A stretch of 64,000 nucleotides of DNA, from contig JADLEU010000364.1 of assembly GCA_020845955.1 (NCBI GenBank), positions 11,958 to 75,957 on the forward strand, in the 5' to 3' direction. Each line of letters starts with the position of its first letter. The first letter of the stretch is position 1. The notes under the pieces are model-generated. The model saw only the letters and a list, made by a program, of their open reading frames with translations. It ran no database searches and was not told the DNA's origin. Positions 9,377 through 19,602 of the stretch are shown here, piece after piece. This DNA is from Anaerolineales bacterium (GTDB taxonomy: Bacteria; Chloroflexota; Anaerolineae; Anaerolineales; UBA6663). Made by a program: the position numbers and the translations under genes.

Positions 9377-12300
9377 ATGACCGGATCTGATCCCACGCTC
9401 GGCGAACAAGCCGACAACCTGGCAGGCAACGGCGCCGACACGGGCGCGGCGATTGGGCCGCGCGCCGTTGTCTCGCCGCTGCCAGCTGGCAGCGGGGCCG
9501 AAGCCGCTGCCCCGCCGCTTCCGGCCGAGCCCGCCTCGGAACCGGCCGCCCGGCGGCCACTTGGGATCAAGCGCTCACGGCTCTTGGGCCTGGCGTTCGA
9601 CGCCGTCCTGATCCTGCTGATCGGCGCCGGCGTCGTCTTCCGCTTCAGTTGGGTCAACTGGAATGAAGACGCCGATCTGCACCCTGACGAATACGGGCTG
9701 ACGGGCACGCTGACGCAGCTAGCCATTCCCGCTACCCTGGGTGAGTACTTTAATACCCGCATTTCGCCGCTGAGTCCTTACCAGAAGTACGACGTGGACG
9801 GCACGCCGCTGCCGCCGAGCGCGGAGCATCGCATGCCCGACAACCGCATGCGCTGGGGCCAATGGCCACTGACGATCATCCGCTGGATGGCCGAGGCGAC
9901 TGGCAACACCGGCTACGGTGAGCTGCGCCTGATGGGCCGGCGCCTATCGGCCCTGGCCGATACGCTGGCGCTCGGCGTGATCTTCCTGATCGGTTGGCGG
10001 CTGCACAGCCGCCGCGTGGGCCTGATGGCGGCGGCACTCAGCGCGCTGTCGGTGATGCAGATCCAGCAGGCGCACTTCATGACGGCCGACAACTTCGGCA
10101 CGCTGTTCACCGCCCTGGCGATGTATGCGGCGGTTCGGGTGGCAACCGGGCCAGGGCCGGCCGCGGCGACAGACGATCGACGACCCTCGACGGACCCGGG
10201 CACGGCGCGGCCGGCGGCCGGCCGCCCGCCGGCGCTGGTCTGGTATGGGCTCTTCGGCCTGTTCTTTGGCCTGGCGCTGGCGTCGCGCATCAACCTGGCG
10301 CCGCTGGCGGCCGAAATCGTGGTTGCCGCGGTGATTGCCTATGCCGTCGATTGGCAGCGCGGCGCGCGTGACCGCGGCGGGCTGCTGAGTGAGGCGGCCC
10401 TGCGGCTGGGGTTGGCCGGCCTGGTGGCCGTGTTCACGTTCCGCGTGGCCCAACCCATGAGCTTTCGGGCCGAGACCGGTGACACGACCCTGCTGACCCT
10501 GAATCCCAATCCCGAATGGCTGGCGAGCATGGCGGTGGCTCAGGCCGAGTCCAGCGGGGAGGGTGGCGGCCCGCCTGGGGAGCAGTGGACGGACCGGCCG
10601 GCTCTAGTGTTTCCCTTCGTCAACATGGTGGTCTGGGGCATGGGCTTGCCGCTGGGGCTGATGGCCTGGGCGGGGCTGCTGTGGGCGGCCTGGCGCAGCT
10701 TCCAGCCCGCCGACGAGGTATCCTGGAAACTGCACGCTCTCCCGCTGACCTGGGCTGGCGGCTATTTCCTGTTCATGGGCACGCGCTGGGTCAAATCCAT
10801 TCGCTATTTCCTGCCCATCTATCCCTTCATGGCCCTGTTGGCCGCCTGGGCCATCGTGGCGCTGTGGAAGCTCGGCCGCGCTGATCACGCGGCGCGGCAA
10901 GCGGCGAGGAGCCAAGGGGATCGGGGGCCACAAGGGCGGGCCGCCGAGGGGGCCGCCTTTGACCAGCGCACGAGTCCCTCGCGCCGCCCCAGCCCCTGGT
11001 ATCGGCGGGCCGCTGTCCTGTTGGGCGCGCTCGTCCTCGGCGGAACCCTCGTCTGGGCCTGGGGCTTCACCAGCATCTACCGCAACACCAACACGCGGGT
11101 CACGGCAACGCGCTGGGTGTTTCAAAACGTCCCGGCGCCGTTGAACCTCCAGATCCAGACGATGGACGGCCTGCGCTCCGAGCCGCTCTCCGTGCCAGAC
11201 GGGCTGACCGTTGGCGCTGAAACGCCTTACCGGCTGCAATTTTCCGCTCCGGTGACCGGCACGCTCACGGGCATTTCGGCCGCCTACGCCAGCACGCTCT
11301 TTGGCCCTGGCGCCACCGCCAGCCTGCAGGTCGTGCTGGCGGGCGACCCGGAAGGCCAACAGCCGCTGGCGGCGGCCGAGCTTGTGGCTGCGCGGCCGGG
11401 CAGCGACCCGCGCGGCGCGCCGGCCGCGGCCGCTCTGGGCCCGGCGACGCTGGTGAACGGGCAGACCTATTACCTGCTCCTGCGGGCCACGACCGGCGCC
11501 GCGGTGCAGTTTCAGTCGACCGTCCTTGCTCACGAGGAGTGGGATGAAGCCCTGCCCATTCGCATGGATGGGCGCGATCCCTTTGGGGGGATGTACCGCG
11601 GCCTGTCGATGCTGGTGCGAGGCGTCGACGATGAGAACAAACGGCAGATGTTCATCAGCAATCTGGCGCAGGCCGACCTCGTCATCCTGCCCAGCCAGCG
11701 CGGCTTGTGGAGCGCCTCGCGGCTGCCCAACCGCTATCCGCTGACTCTGGAGTATTACCGCGCGCTGTTCGACGGCCGCCTGGGCTTCGAGCTCGCCGCG
11801 CAATTCCAGTCGCCCATCCGGCTCGGCCCGCTGCAGATCTCCTCCGAAGCCGGCACCTGGGCTTGGGGCCACGCCCCGCCCAACCCGCCGCCGGCCTGGT
11901 ACCCCTTCAACGACAACCCCCTGGCAGCCGAGGAGGCCTTCAGCGTCTACGACCACGCGCCTGTCTGGATCTTCAAGAAGCGCGCCGATTTCAGCCTGGC
12001 TCGGGTGGAGGCGGTGCTCAACGCGGTCGACCTCAGCACCGTGGTCAACCAGGGGCCGCGGGAGGCCACCCGGACACCCACGCTCTTCCGGCTGCCGCCC
12101 GACCGCCTGGCCGAGCTGCGCGCGGGCGGCACGTGGAGCGCGATGTTCGATTTCGACGGGCTGCTCAACCGCCACGAGTGGCTGGGCGTCCTGGTCTGGT
12201 ACCTGGCCGTGCTTCTGATGGGCTGGGCGGCCTTCCCGCTGGCCTTTGTCGCCTTCTCGGGCTTGCCCGACCGCGGCTATCCGTTGGCCAAAACGTTCGC

Positions 12301-14881
12301 GCTGCTGGTGACGACCTGGCTCGTCTGGCTGGCGGCCAGCTATCGGGTGCTGCCCTTCAACCGCGGCGCCATCGCGCTGAGCTTCGCGGCGCTGGCGGCC
12401 GGTTCGGCACTGGTCTATCACCGGCGGCGAGCCGAGATCAACGCCTTCGTGTTCGCCCACCGGCGTGCGCTCCTGGTAACGGAGGGCCTGACGCTGGCGC
12501 TGTTCGCCTTCGACCTGCTGCTGCGCTGGGGCAACCCAGACTTGTGGCACCCGAACTTCGGCGGCGAGAAGCCAATGGTCTTTTCGTTTTTCAATGCTGT
12601 CCTGAAGAGCGAGTCCTTCCCGCCGTACAACCCCTGGCTGGCCGGCTACGCCCTGAACTACTACTACTATGGCTTTGTCATTGTGGCGATGCTCACCAAG
12701 CTGCTCGGCATTGTGCCGGCCTTCGCCTACAACTTGATCCTGCCGACCTTGTTTGCGCTGGTGGGCGGCGGGGCCTATAGCGTTGCATACAACCTGGTCG
12801 CGGCCAAGCGCGAGGCTGAACCCAGCGCCGGACCGGCGCGCGCCGCCGGATCGGATGGCGCCGGGCAGCAAGACACCACACGCTGGCTTGCGGAGGCGGA
12901 GAAGCCGGCGCCGGCGGACTCGATGGCTGAGGCCGCCGTGAGCGAACTCGGCCCGGCGCCCTCGGAAGCCGTCGACGCCGCCTCTTCGATGGCGGCCGGC
13001 CTCCGGCTGGTAAGCGCGCCCTGCCTGCCGCGGGCCAACCCCTACTTGGCCGGCATCGCCGCGGCCATGCTGGTCGTGGTGCTTGGCAATCTGGCCCAGG
13101 TTCACACCTTCCTGGCCGGGTTCCAGGACGCGGCCGACCCCGCGACCGTCGAGCGCTCGCTCCTGGGGAACAATGATGTCAGCCGAACGCTGAACGGCTT
13201 CTGGCGTGTGGCGACGGGGGCGACCCGATTGCCGGTGGGCACCGGGGATTGGTATTGGGATGCGACGCGGATCGTGACCATTCTGCTGCCCGAGAATAGC
13301 AACGAGATCACGGAGTTCCCGTTTTTCACGTTCTTGTACGCCGATCTGCACGCGCACATGATCGACCTGCCCTTTACGCTGCTGTCGTTGGGATGGGCGT
13401 TGAGCTACCTGTTGGCCGCGCGGCAGGGCGGGGGGCGCCGGGACTGGCTGGAGTGGGGAGCGGTATGGCTGGTGGGCGGACTGGCGCTGGGCGCGCCGCG
13501 CGCCACCAATACCTGGGACTACCCGCTCTTCCTGGCGCTGGGTGTGGCCGCCGTTGCGGCCGGCGAGTGGCGGCGCGCTCCCCAAGTATCGCGGGCCACG
13601 CTGTTTGCCATTGGCTGGCGCGTGGCTCTGCTGGCCGGGCTGGCGCTGGCCTGCTACCAACCCTTCGACCAGTGGTTCGCGGCTGCCTATGGCCAGGTAA
13701 AGCGCTTCGAGGGCAACGCCCAGCCGATCAGCGCCTATCTCTACATCTACGGGCTGTTCCTATTCATCGTGGTCAGCTTCCTGGGGTGGGAGACCGTCCG
13801 CTGGCTGGCCGAGACCCCGGCAACGGTCTTGACTCGCGCGGGCGAGTGGCTGCCGCCGGTCGTGCTGGGCGCGCTGGCGCTGGTTGGCGCCGTGGGCGTC
13901 TCTTGGTTTGTGCTGGAGGTGCCCATCGGCGTCATCACGCTGCCGCTGATGACCTGGGCTGGGCTGCTGCTGCTCCGGCCAGGCGGCAGCTTGCCGCTGG
14001 CCAAACGGGCCGTGCTCTTCTTGATCGGCGCCGCCCTGGCGATGACGCTCTTCGTGGAGGTGTTCGTCCTCGAAGGCGACCGCATGAACACGATCTTCAA
14101 GTTCTACATCCAGGTGTGGGTGCTGCTGAGCGTGGCCGGCGGGGCGGCCCTGGCCTGGGTCTGGAGCGCGCTGCCGCGCTGGCCGTCTGGCTGGCGCACG
14201 GCCTGGACCAGCCTGCTGGCGGTGCTGGTGGCAGCGGCGGCGCTCTATACCGTCACGGCCAGCGCGGCTAAGACCCGCGATCGCTTCCCCGGCCTGATTG
14301 CCCAGCCCGGCAGCGGCTGCAGTCCCATCGCGGGAATGGCGCTGCCCTACGATCGCGGCCTGCCGGTTGACGAGCAGCCGCACAGCCTGTACGGCCTCGA
14401 CTACATGACCTGGAGCGCGTACTGCGACCATGACGCGTTCCTGCCGCTGGCCTACGATCATGAGGCCATCCGCTGGCTGCAGGATAACGTGGGCGGCTCG
14501 CCCGTGATCGTCGAGGCGCAATCGTTTGATTTGTACCGGATGTCAAGCCGTTATACCTGGAACACGGGCCTGCCCGACGTGGTGGGCTGGGATTATCACA
14601 CGCGCCAGCACAACGCCGCCATCCCGACCGAGTTTATCACCCAGCGCGGCACGGAGATTACGAGCTTCTACACGACCGGCTCGCCGGAAGAAGCGTTGGC
14701 CTTCCTGCACAAATATGACGCGCGGTACGTCATCGTCGGCCCCATGGAGCAGGCCTACTATGCCGCCAGCGGCGGGCTGGCCAAGTTCAACGCGCTCGTT
14801 GCGCGCGGCGACCTCAGCATCGCCTATCAGAACCCCGGCGTGACCATCTTTGCGGTGACTGGCCCCCCGGCGGCTCAGTGA
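9377..14881 (+). CDS. Very large membrane protein: N-terminal GT39-like module, extracytoplasmic domain, C-terminal DUF2298 (Chlor_Arch_YYY) module
   Basis: LHPDEYG and WVKSIRYFLP in the N-terminal module; GGEKPM, LNYYYYG, DLHAHM, NTWDYP and RMNTIFKFY in the C-terminal module. Confidence 0.85.
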   Translation: MTGSDPTLGEQADNLAGNGADTGAAIGPRAVVSPLPAGSGAEAAAPPLPAEPASEPAARRPLGIKRSRLLGLAFDAVLILLIGAGVVFRFSWVNWNEDADLHPDEYGLTGTLTQLAIPATLGEYFNTRISPLSPYQKYDVDGTPLPPSAEHRMPDNRMRWGQWPLTIIRWMAEATGNTGYGELRLMGRRLSALADTLALGVIFLIGWRLHSRRVGLMAAALSALSVMQIQQAHFMTADNFGTLFTALAMYAAVRVATGPGPAAATDDRRPSTDPGTARPAAGRPPALVWYGLFGLFFGLALASRINLAPLAAEIVVAAVIAYAVDWQRGARDRGGLLSEAALRLGLAGLVAVFTFRVAQPMSFRAETGDTTLLTLNPNPEWLASMAVAQAESSGEGGGPPGEQWTDRPALVFPFVNMVVWGMGLPLGLMAWAGLLWAAWRSFQPADEVSWKLHALPLTWAGGYFLFMGTRWVKSIRYFLPIYPFMALLAAWAIVALWKLGRADHAARQAARSQGDRGPQGRAAEGAAFDQRTSPSRRPSPWYRRAAVLLGALVLGGTLVWAWGFTSIYRNTNTRVTATRWVFQNVPAPLNLQIQTMDGLRSEPLSVPDGLTVGAETPYRLQFSAPVTGTLTGISAAYASTLFGPGATASLQVVLAGDPEGQQPLAAAELVAARPGSDPRGAPAAAALGPATLVNGQTYYLLLRATTGAAVQFQSTVLAHEEWDEALPIRMDGRDPFGGMYRGLSMLVRGVDDENKRQMFISNLAQADLVILPSQRGLWSASRLPNRYPLTLEYYRALFDGRLGFELAAQFQSPIRLGPLQISSEAGTWAWGHAPPNPPPAWYPFNDNPLAAEEAFSVYDHAPVWIFKKRADFSLARVEAVLNAVDLSTVVNQGPREATRTPTLFRLPPDRLAELRAGGTWSAMFDFDGLLNRHEWLGVLVWYLAVLLMGWAAFPLAFVAFSGLPDRGYPLAKTFALLVTTWLVWLAASYRVLPFNRGAIALSFAALAAGSALVYHRRRAEINAFVFAHRRALLVTEGLTLALFAFDLLLRWGNPDLWHPNFGGEKPMVFSFFNAVLKSESFPPYNPWLAGYALNYYYYGFVIVAMLTKLLGIVPAFAYNLILPTLFALVGGGAYSVAYNLVAAKREAEPSAGPARAAGSDGAGQQDTTRWLAEAEKPAPADSMAEAAVSELGPAPSEAVDAASSMAAGLRLVSAPCLPRANPYLAGIAAAMLVVVLGNLAQVHTFLAGFQDAADPATVERSLLGNNDVSRTLNGFWRVATGATRLPVGTGDWYWDATRIVTILLPENSNEITEFPFFTFLYADLHAHMIDLPFTLLSLGWALSYLLAARQGGGRRDWLEWGAVWLVGGLALGAPRATNTWDYPLFLALGVAAVAAGEWRRAPQVSRATLFAIGWRVALLAGLALACYQPFDQWFAAAYGQVKRFEGNAQPISAYLYIYGLFLFIVVSFLGWETVRWLAETPATVLTRAGEWLPPVVLGALALVGAVGVSWFVLEVPIGVITLPLMTWAGLLLLRPGGSLPLAKRAVLFLIGAALAMTLFVEVFVLEGDRMNTIFKFYIQVWVLLSVAGGAALAWVWSALPRWPSGWRTAWTSLLAVLVAAAALYTVTASAAKTRDRFPGLIAQPGSGCSPIAGMALPYDRGLPVDEQPHSLYGLDYMTWSAYCDHDAFLPLAYDHEAIRWLQDNVGGSPVIVEAQSFDLYRMSSRYTWNTGLPDVVGWDYHTRQHNAAIPTEFITQRGTEITSFYTTGSPEEALAFLHKYDARYVIVGPMEQAYYAASGGLAKFNALVARGDLSIAYQNPGVTIFAVTGPPAAQ

Positions 14882-14908
14882 AAGGCGCTGGCCGCGTGTA
14901 TAACCCTC

Positions 14909-17731
14909 GTGCCTGCTGATTGGGTCGCCTTTCTCGCCTGGTACCTGGCCGCTTCGGCGGCGGGCTTCTTGGCCTTGCCGATTGCGTTTCAGTTCTTTCG
15001 GCGCCTGCCCGATCGTGGCTACGCGCTGGCGCGGCCCCTGGGGCTGCTGCTGATCGGCTACGTCTTTTGGCTGCTGGGATCGTTGGGCCCGTTGCGCAAC
15101 GACGTGCCCGGGATCCTGTTCGCGGCGCTGTTGGTCGGCGGGCTGGGGGGCGCCTGGCTCGGGCGGGCGGGCCTTGGGGAGCTGCGCCGTTGGCTGGCCG
15201 CCCAGCGCGCCACGGTCCTAGCGGTGGAGGCTCTGTTTTTGGCGGCCTTCACGCTGATGGCCCTCGTCCGCGCTTACAACCCCGACATCTTCGGCACCGA
15301 GAAGCCGATGGAATACATGTTCATCAACAGCATCCTGCGCAGCCCGGCATTTCCGCCGCAGGATGCCTGGCTGTCCGGCCATGCCATCAGCTACTACTAC
15401 TTCGGCTATGTCCTGGTCGCCATGCTGGCCCGGCTCACGGCGACCAACTCAGCCGTTGCCTTCAATCTAGGCCTGGCCCTGCTGTTCGCGTTGACGGCCG
15501 TCGCCGCGCAGGGGGTGACGCTCAACCTGATCGCGCTGGCATGGCCGCGAGTGGTCAGCACAGGCGACGGTGCGGCGGCTGAGGCGCCCGCCGGCACGTC
15601 TGCCCGGCTGCGCCGCGCCTTTTGGCCCGCGCTGCTGGGGCCGGCGCTGGTGCTGGTCGCCGGCAATTTCTACGGGCTCGTTCAGTTGGCCTACACCAAT
15701 GGCTGGTGGCCCGAGGCGCGGGTGTGGGCCGTCCGCTACTATTTTGGCGCTGAAGACCCGGCCAACACCGGGCGCAGCGCCGAGGCCGTATCTCCGCTGC
15801 CGCCGGAGCAGGACACCCCCCGCGTCCGCGCCGGTTGGGTCAACCTGTGGGACTGGCTGGACCTCAAGCAAGCGCAGGACCCCACGCCGGTCCGAGCCAG
15901 TTTCACCTGGGACGTTGGCGGCAATTGGTTTTTCGGCGCGCGGGTGCTGCACGACCGCGGCTTGTTGGGCCGGGAGGTGGAGGCCATCGACGAGATGCCG
16001 TCCTTCTCCTTCATACTGGGCGACATGCACCCGCACGTGCTGGCGCTGCCCTTTGTTGTGTTGGCCATCGGCCTGGCGCTGGAGTGGTTGCTGTGGGGCG
16101 CGGGCCTGCCCGACGAGGCTGAGGAGACCGGTGGCGAGGCCTTTGCGTTCGCGCGCGCCAGCCTGCGCCGTTCGGCCACCCTGGTTCGCTTGGGCGTGTC
16201 GGGCATTATTCTTGGCGGCCTGGCCTTTCTCAACACCTGGGACTTCCCGATCTATTTGTTTCTGACGGTGATGGCCCTGGCAATCGGCCTCGGGCTCCGG
16301 CGCGGCTGGGTGGCGCTCGCGGCCGATGGGGGGCGGCTGGCGCTGCTGGGCGGCGGGCTGGCGGTGCTCAGCGTTGCGCTGTATTTCCCGTTCTACGTCA
16401 CCTTCCAGTCGCAGGCCGGCGGCCTCTTGCCTAACCTGATCTGGCCCACGCGCTTTCAGCAGACGGTGGTGTTCTTCGGACCCGTGCTGGTTGGGGTGAC
16501 GGTCTACCTCGCCTGGTTGGCCGCACGCGCGGGGCCGGTACTCGACCGGCACGCGGCCCTGTGGTTCGGGTTGGGCTTAGTCGGGGTGCTGGTCTTGGTC
16601 GTGCTGGTGATGGCGGCGGCGGCGCTGCGGAGCCCGGCCCTGGGTAGTTTCATCGACGGCTTTATCAGCCCGCTTACTCGCGGCCAGGCGATGCGCCTAG
16701 TCCTGGCCCGCCGGCTGGTGGACAGCCTGGCCACGCTCTACCCGGCCGCGGTGGCCGGGCTTGGTGTTGGTGTGACGGTCGGGACGCTGCGGCTCGTGCT
16801 GAAGCCGCAATCTAGCCTGGAGGCCGCGCCGCCTGAGCCGCGGGCACAACCGGCCGCGGCGGCCGTCAGCGGGAGGCGCCTGGCCAGCCCGGCCGCCGCG
16901 CTGCGCGAGGCGCGGGCGCGCCCCTGGCGCCGGCAGCGCTCGGCCCCGCCACCTCCGGCCGGCCGCGCGGGCCTGGTGTGGCGATCGCCCGCCCTGCTTA
17001 TGGCGCTGGCTATGATCGTCACCGGTGCGCTGCTGCTCGTCGGCCCTGAATGGGTCTACCTGCGCGACAACTTCGGCCATCGCATGAACACGCTCTTTAA
17101 GTTTTACTTTCAGACCTGGACCTTGTGGGCGCTGGCGGGGGCCTTCGGGCTCTGGCACATCTTGCAGCATGCGCGGCCAGCCGGACGCTGGGCGGCGGGC
17201 AGCATTATGGGCCTGGCGATGGCCGGCAGCCTGGTGTATACGCTGCCCAGCCTGTACAGCAAGACCGGCGGGTTCGCGTCGGAGCCAACCCTTGACGGCA
17301 TGGCCTTCTTTGCCCAGCGTTTTCCCGACGACTGGGCCGCCATCGAATGGCTGCGCGCCAACGCCGCCGGCGCGCCGGTGATTGCGGAGGCCGTTGGCGG
17401 CGCTTACCAAATCGAAGAGAGCCGCATTTCCATGGCCACCGGGCTGCCGACCGTGATGGGCTGGGTCAACCACGAGGGCCAGTGGCGCGGCGATTACTAC
17501 TCCGAAGTGGCCGACCGTCCGAGCCGCATCGAAACGCTCTACCAGGTGCGCGATTGGGAAATGGCCCGCGAAGTCCTTGAGGAATTCGGCATCGAATACG
17601 TGATCGTCGGAACACAGGAGCGCAGGCAGTATAATCCGGTGTATGAGCCAAAATTCGACGTGCACATGGATAGCGTGTTTGAGACCCCTAATCTGACCAT
17701 CTATCGGCGCAAGCCGCTCCCGGCCCAATGA
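14909..17731 (+). CDS. DUF2298 (Chlor_Arch_YYY) domain membrane protein
   Basis: GTEKPME, ISYYYFG, GDMHPHV, NTWDFP and RMNTLFKFY parallel the C-terminal half of the upstream gene. Confidence 0.87.
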   Translation: MPADWVAFLAWYLAASAAGFLALPIAFQFFRRLPDRGYALARPLGLLLIGYVFWLLGSLGPLRNDVPGILFAALLVGGLGGAWLGRAGLGELRRWLAAQRATVLAVEALFLAAFTLMALVRAYNPDIFGTEKPMEYMFINSILRSPAFPPQDAWLSGHAISYYYFGYVLVAMLARLTATNSAVAFNLGLALLFALTAVAAQGVTLNLIALAWPRVVSTGDGAAAEAPAGTSARLRRAFWPALLGPALVLVAGNFYGLVQLAYTNGWWPEARVWAVRYYFGAEDPANTGRSAEAVSPLPPEQDTPRVRAGWVNLWDWLDLKQAQDPTPVRASFTWDVGGNWFFGARVLHDRGLLGREVEAIDEMPSFSFILGDMHPHVLALPFVVLAIGLALEWLLWGAGLPDEAEETGGEAFAFARASLRRSATLVRLGVSGIILGGLAFLNTWDFPIYLFLTVMALAIGLGLRRGWVALAADGGRLALLGGGLAVLSVALYFPFYVTFQSQAGGLLPNLIWPTRFQQTVVFFGPVLVGVTVYLAWLAARAGPVLDRHAALWFGLGLVGVLVLVVLVMAAAALRSPALGSFIDGFISPLTRGQAMRLVLARRLVDSLATLYPAAVAGLGVGVTVGTLRLVLKPQSSLEAAPPEPRAQPAAAAVSGRRLASPAAALREARARPWRRQRSAPPPPAGRAGLVWRSPALLMALAMIVTGALLLVGPEWVYLRDNFGHRMNTLFKFYFQTWTLWALAGAFGLWHILQHARPAGRWAAGSIMGLAMAGSLVYTLPSLYSKTGGFASEPTLDGMAFFAQRFPDDWAAIEWLRANAAGAPVIAEAVGGAYQIEESRISMATGLPTVMGWVNHEGQWRGDYYSEVADRPSRIETLYQVRDWEMAREVLEEFGIEYVIVGTQERRQYNPVYEPKFDVHMDSVFETPNLTIYRRKPLPAQ

Positions 17732-19518
17732 CGACCCGCTCCCCTGCCCTGAGCCTTGAGAACGCCTTGTACGGCCTGATCTTCCTGGCCGCCCTTGGCC
17801 TGCGCCTCCTGAATCTGGGCGCGCACCCGCTCAACGATGGCGAGGCGCATGAGGCCTTGGCGGTGCTGGCGCAACTGCGCGGCCACGCCGACCCGACGCT
17901 CGTCCCGAGCAGCCCGGCGTACTTCTTCATCACCTATTTCAGCTTCCTGATCTTTGGCGCCAGCGAAGCCGCGGCCCGCTTGGGTCCGGCGCTGGCGGGC
18001 TCTGTGTTGGTGCTGGTGCCCAGCCTCTTCCGCGACCTGTTGGGACGCCCGGCCGCCCTGGCCGCCAGCGGAATGTTGGCTGTGTCCGCCAGCCTGCTGG
18101 CTGCGTCGCGCAGCGCGGATGGCACGCTGCTGGTCTTGTTGGCGCTGGCCATAGTAGTTGGGGCGCTGTGGCGCTTCCTCCAGGGCGGTCGCACCGCCTG
18201 GCTGTTGGCCGCGGGGGCGGCGCTGGGGTTTGGCGTCGCCGGAGGCAGCAGTTTTGTGCTGGGTCTGTTGTCGCTCAGCGGAGCGGGTTTGATTCTGCGC
18301 TGGACGCTGCCCCGGGTGGCCGCTGGCCTGCGGCCGGCAGCCGCCCGTCTCTGGCAGGAGCGGCGCCCGTTCTTTGCGGCCGTGGGGCTTTCGGCCGTTG
18401 TCGTTTCCACCGTGGCATTGGTCTACCTGCCCGGGCTGGGCGCGCTGTTGGACGCCTGGATGGGCGGGCTGGCCGGCTTTGTGCCCGCGCAGACCGGCCG
18501 GCTCCCATTTGAACTCATCCTGTTCCTGGTGGTGGACGAGCCCCTGGTAGTTATCCTGGGCGCGATTGGAGCGGCGCGCGCGTTCCGCACGGGCCACCTG
18601 CTGGGCCAAGCCCTGAGCTGGTTCGCCTTGGTGGCTTTGGCCTTGCTGCTGGTGTACGGCAACCGGCAGGTGATCGACGTGGCGTGGGTGGCGGCGCCGT
18701 TGGCCCTCCTCGCCGGGTATGCCTTGTTCGAGCTGCTGCAGGCGGTCTGGGCCCCGAGCGAGTTACCGTTGGCCCTGGTGCAGGCTGGCGTGACCGCGGC
18801 GCTGCTGGGCTTTGCGCTCCTCAACCTGGCCGCGCTGGCCGAGACCGCCCGCACCGGCAGCTTTGCAGCCTACCAGCTGCAGATCTTTGGACAAACGCTT
18901 CGGGTTCCATCGCTGGCGCAGTTGGGCATCGCGGCGCTGGCGGTCGCGCTGGCGTTTGTGATTGGCTATCTGGTTGCCCTGGGCTGGTCTGAAAGAGCGG
19001 CCCAACTCGGCCTGGTCACGGCGCTGAGCGGGCTGCTGTTTGCCATGACGCTGGCGGCCGGCTGGGGGGTGACCCAGCGCCAGCCGGGCAGCCCAGCAGA
19101 GTTGTGGTGGGCGGAGCCAGCCTCCCCGGAGGTGTCCCTCCTGGTCGCAACCCTGGAAAACGTGTCCAATTACTCAGGCGCCCACCCGCGCGACATCGAC
19201 GTCACCGTGCAGGCATCAGAAACCGGCTTGCTGGCCTGGGCGCTGCGCGACTTTCCACATGCCAGCTTCGTGGATCGGCTCGACCCGGTCGTGACGAGCC
19301 CGGTGGTCATTGCGCCGCTGGCTGACCAGGAAAACCCAACGCTGGGCTCAACGTACGTTGGCCAGGACTTCGACCTGCGGTCGCGCTGGACCCCAGACCA
19401 AACCGGTCCTGAATGGATAGTCTGGCTGGCCTACCGCCAGGCGCGGACGATCGTAACCGAACCGGTGGTGCTGTGGGTGCGCCAGGATCTGGCGCAGCTG
19501 CAGAGCACAGGGAACTAG
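17728..19518 (+). CDS. GT-C-like polytopic membrane protein (TIGR03663-like)
   Basis: LRLLNLGAHPLNDGEA N-terminal loop, AAARLGPALAG, about 13 TM segments, C-terminal PLAWALR-like (LLAWALRDF) soluble domain; ATGA overlap. Confidence 0.7.
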   Translation: MTTRSPALSLENALYGLIFLAALGLRLLNLGAHPLNDGEAHEALAVLAQLRGHADPTLVPSSPAYFFITYFSFLIFGASEAAARLGPALAGSVLVLVPSLFRDLLGRPAALAASGMLAVSASLLAASRSADGTLLVLLALAIVVGALWRFLQGGRTAWLLAAGAALGFGVAGGSSFVLGLLSLSGAGLILRWTLPRVAAGLRPAAARLWQERRPFFAAVGLSAVVVSTVALVYLPGLGALLDAWMGGLAGFVPAQTGRLPFELILFLVVDEPLVVILGAIGAARAFRTGHLLGQALSWFALVALALLLVYGNRQVIDVAWVAAPLALLAGYALFELLQAVWAPSELPLALVQAGVTAALLGFALLNLAALAETARTGSFAAYQLQIFGQTLRVPSLAQLGIAALAVALAFVIGYLVALGWSERAAQLGLVTALSGLLFAMTLAAGWGVTQRQPGSPAELWWAEPASPEVSLLVATLENVSNYSGAHPRDIDVTVQASETGLLAWALRDFPHASFVDRLDPVVTSPVVIAPLADQENPTLGSTYVGQDFDLRSRWTPDQTGPEWIVWLAYRQARTIVTEPVVLWVRQDLAQLQSTGN

Positions 19519-19540
19519 CGGTTGGAGGCGGGCAGTCCGC

Positions 19541-19593
19541 CGTCTGACCACGCCCCTGCTGCCGCCGATCCCTGCCTACCAACGTCTGACCAC
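19541..19593. repeat. 11-bp direct repeat CGTCTGACCAC x2, 42-bp period
   Basis: Copies at 19541-19551 and 19583-19593 in the gap before cmk. Confidence 0.6.
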
Positions 19594-19602
19594 CGTGGCG
19601 AG

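Noticed and set aside
10604-13660. 1018-aa minus-strand ORF
   Set aside because: Antisense shadow of the DUF2298 fusion gene; no motifs; expected from high-GC codon bias
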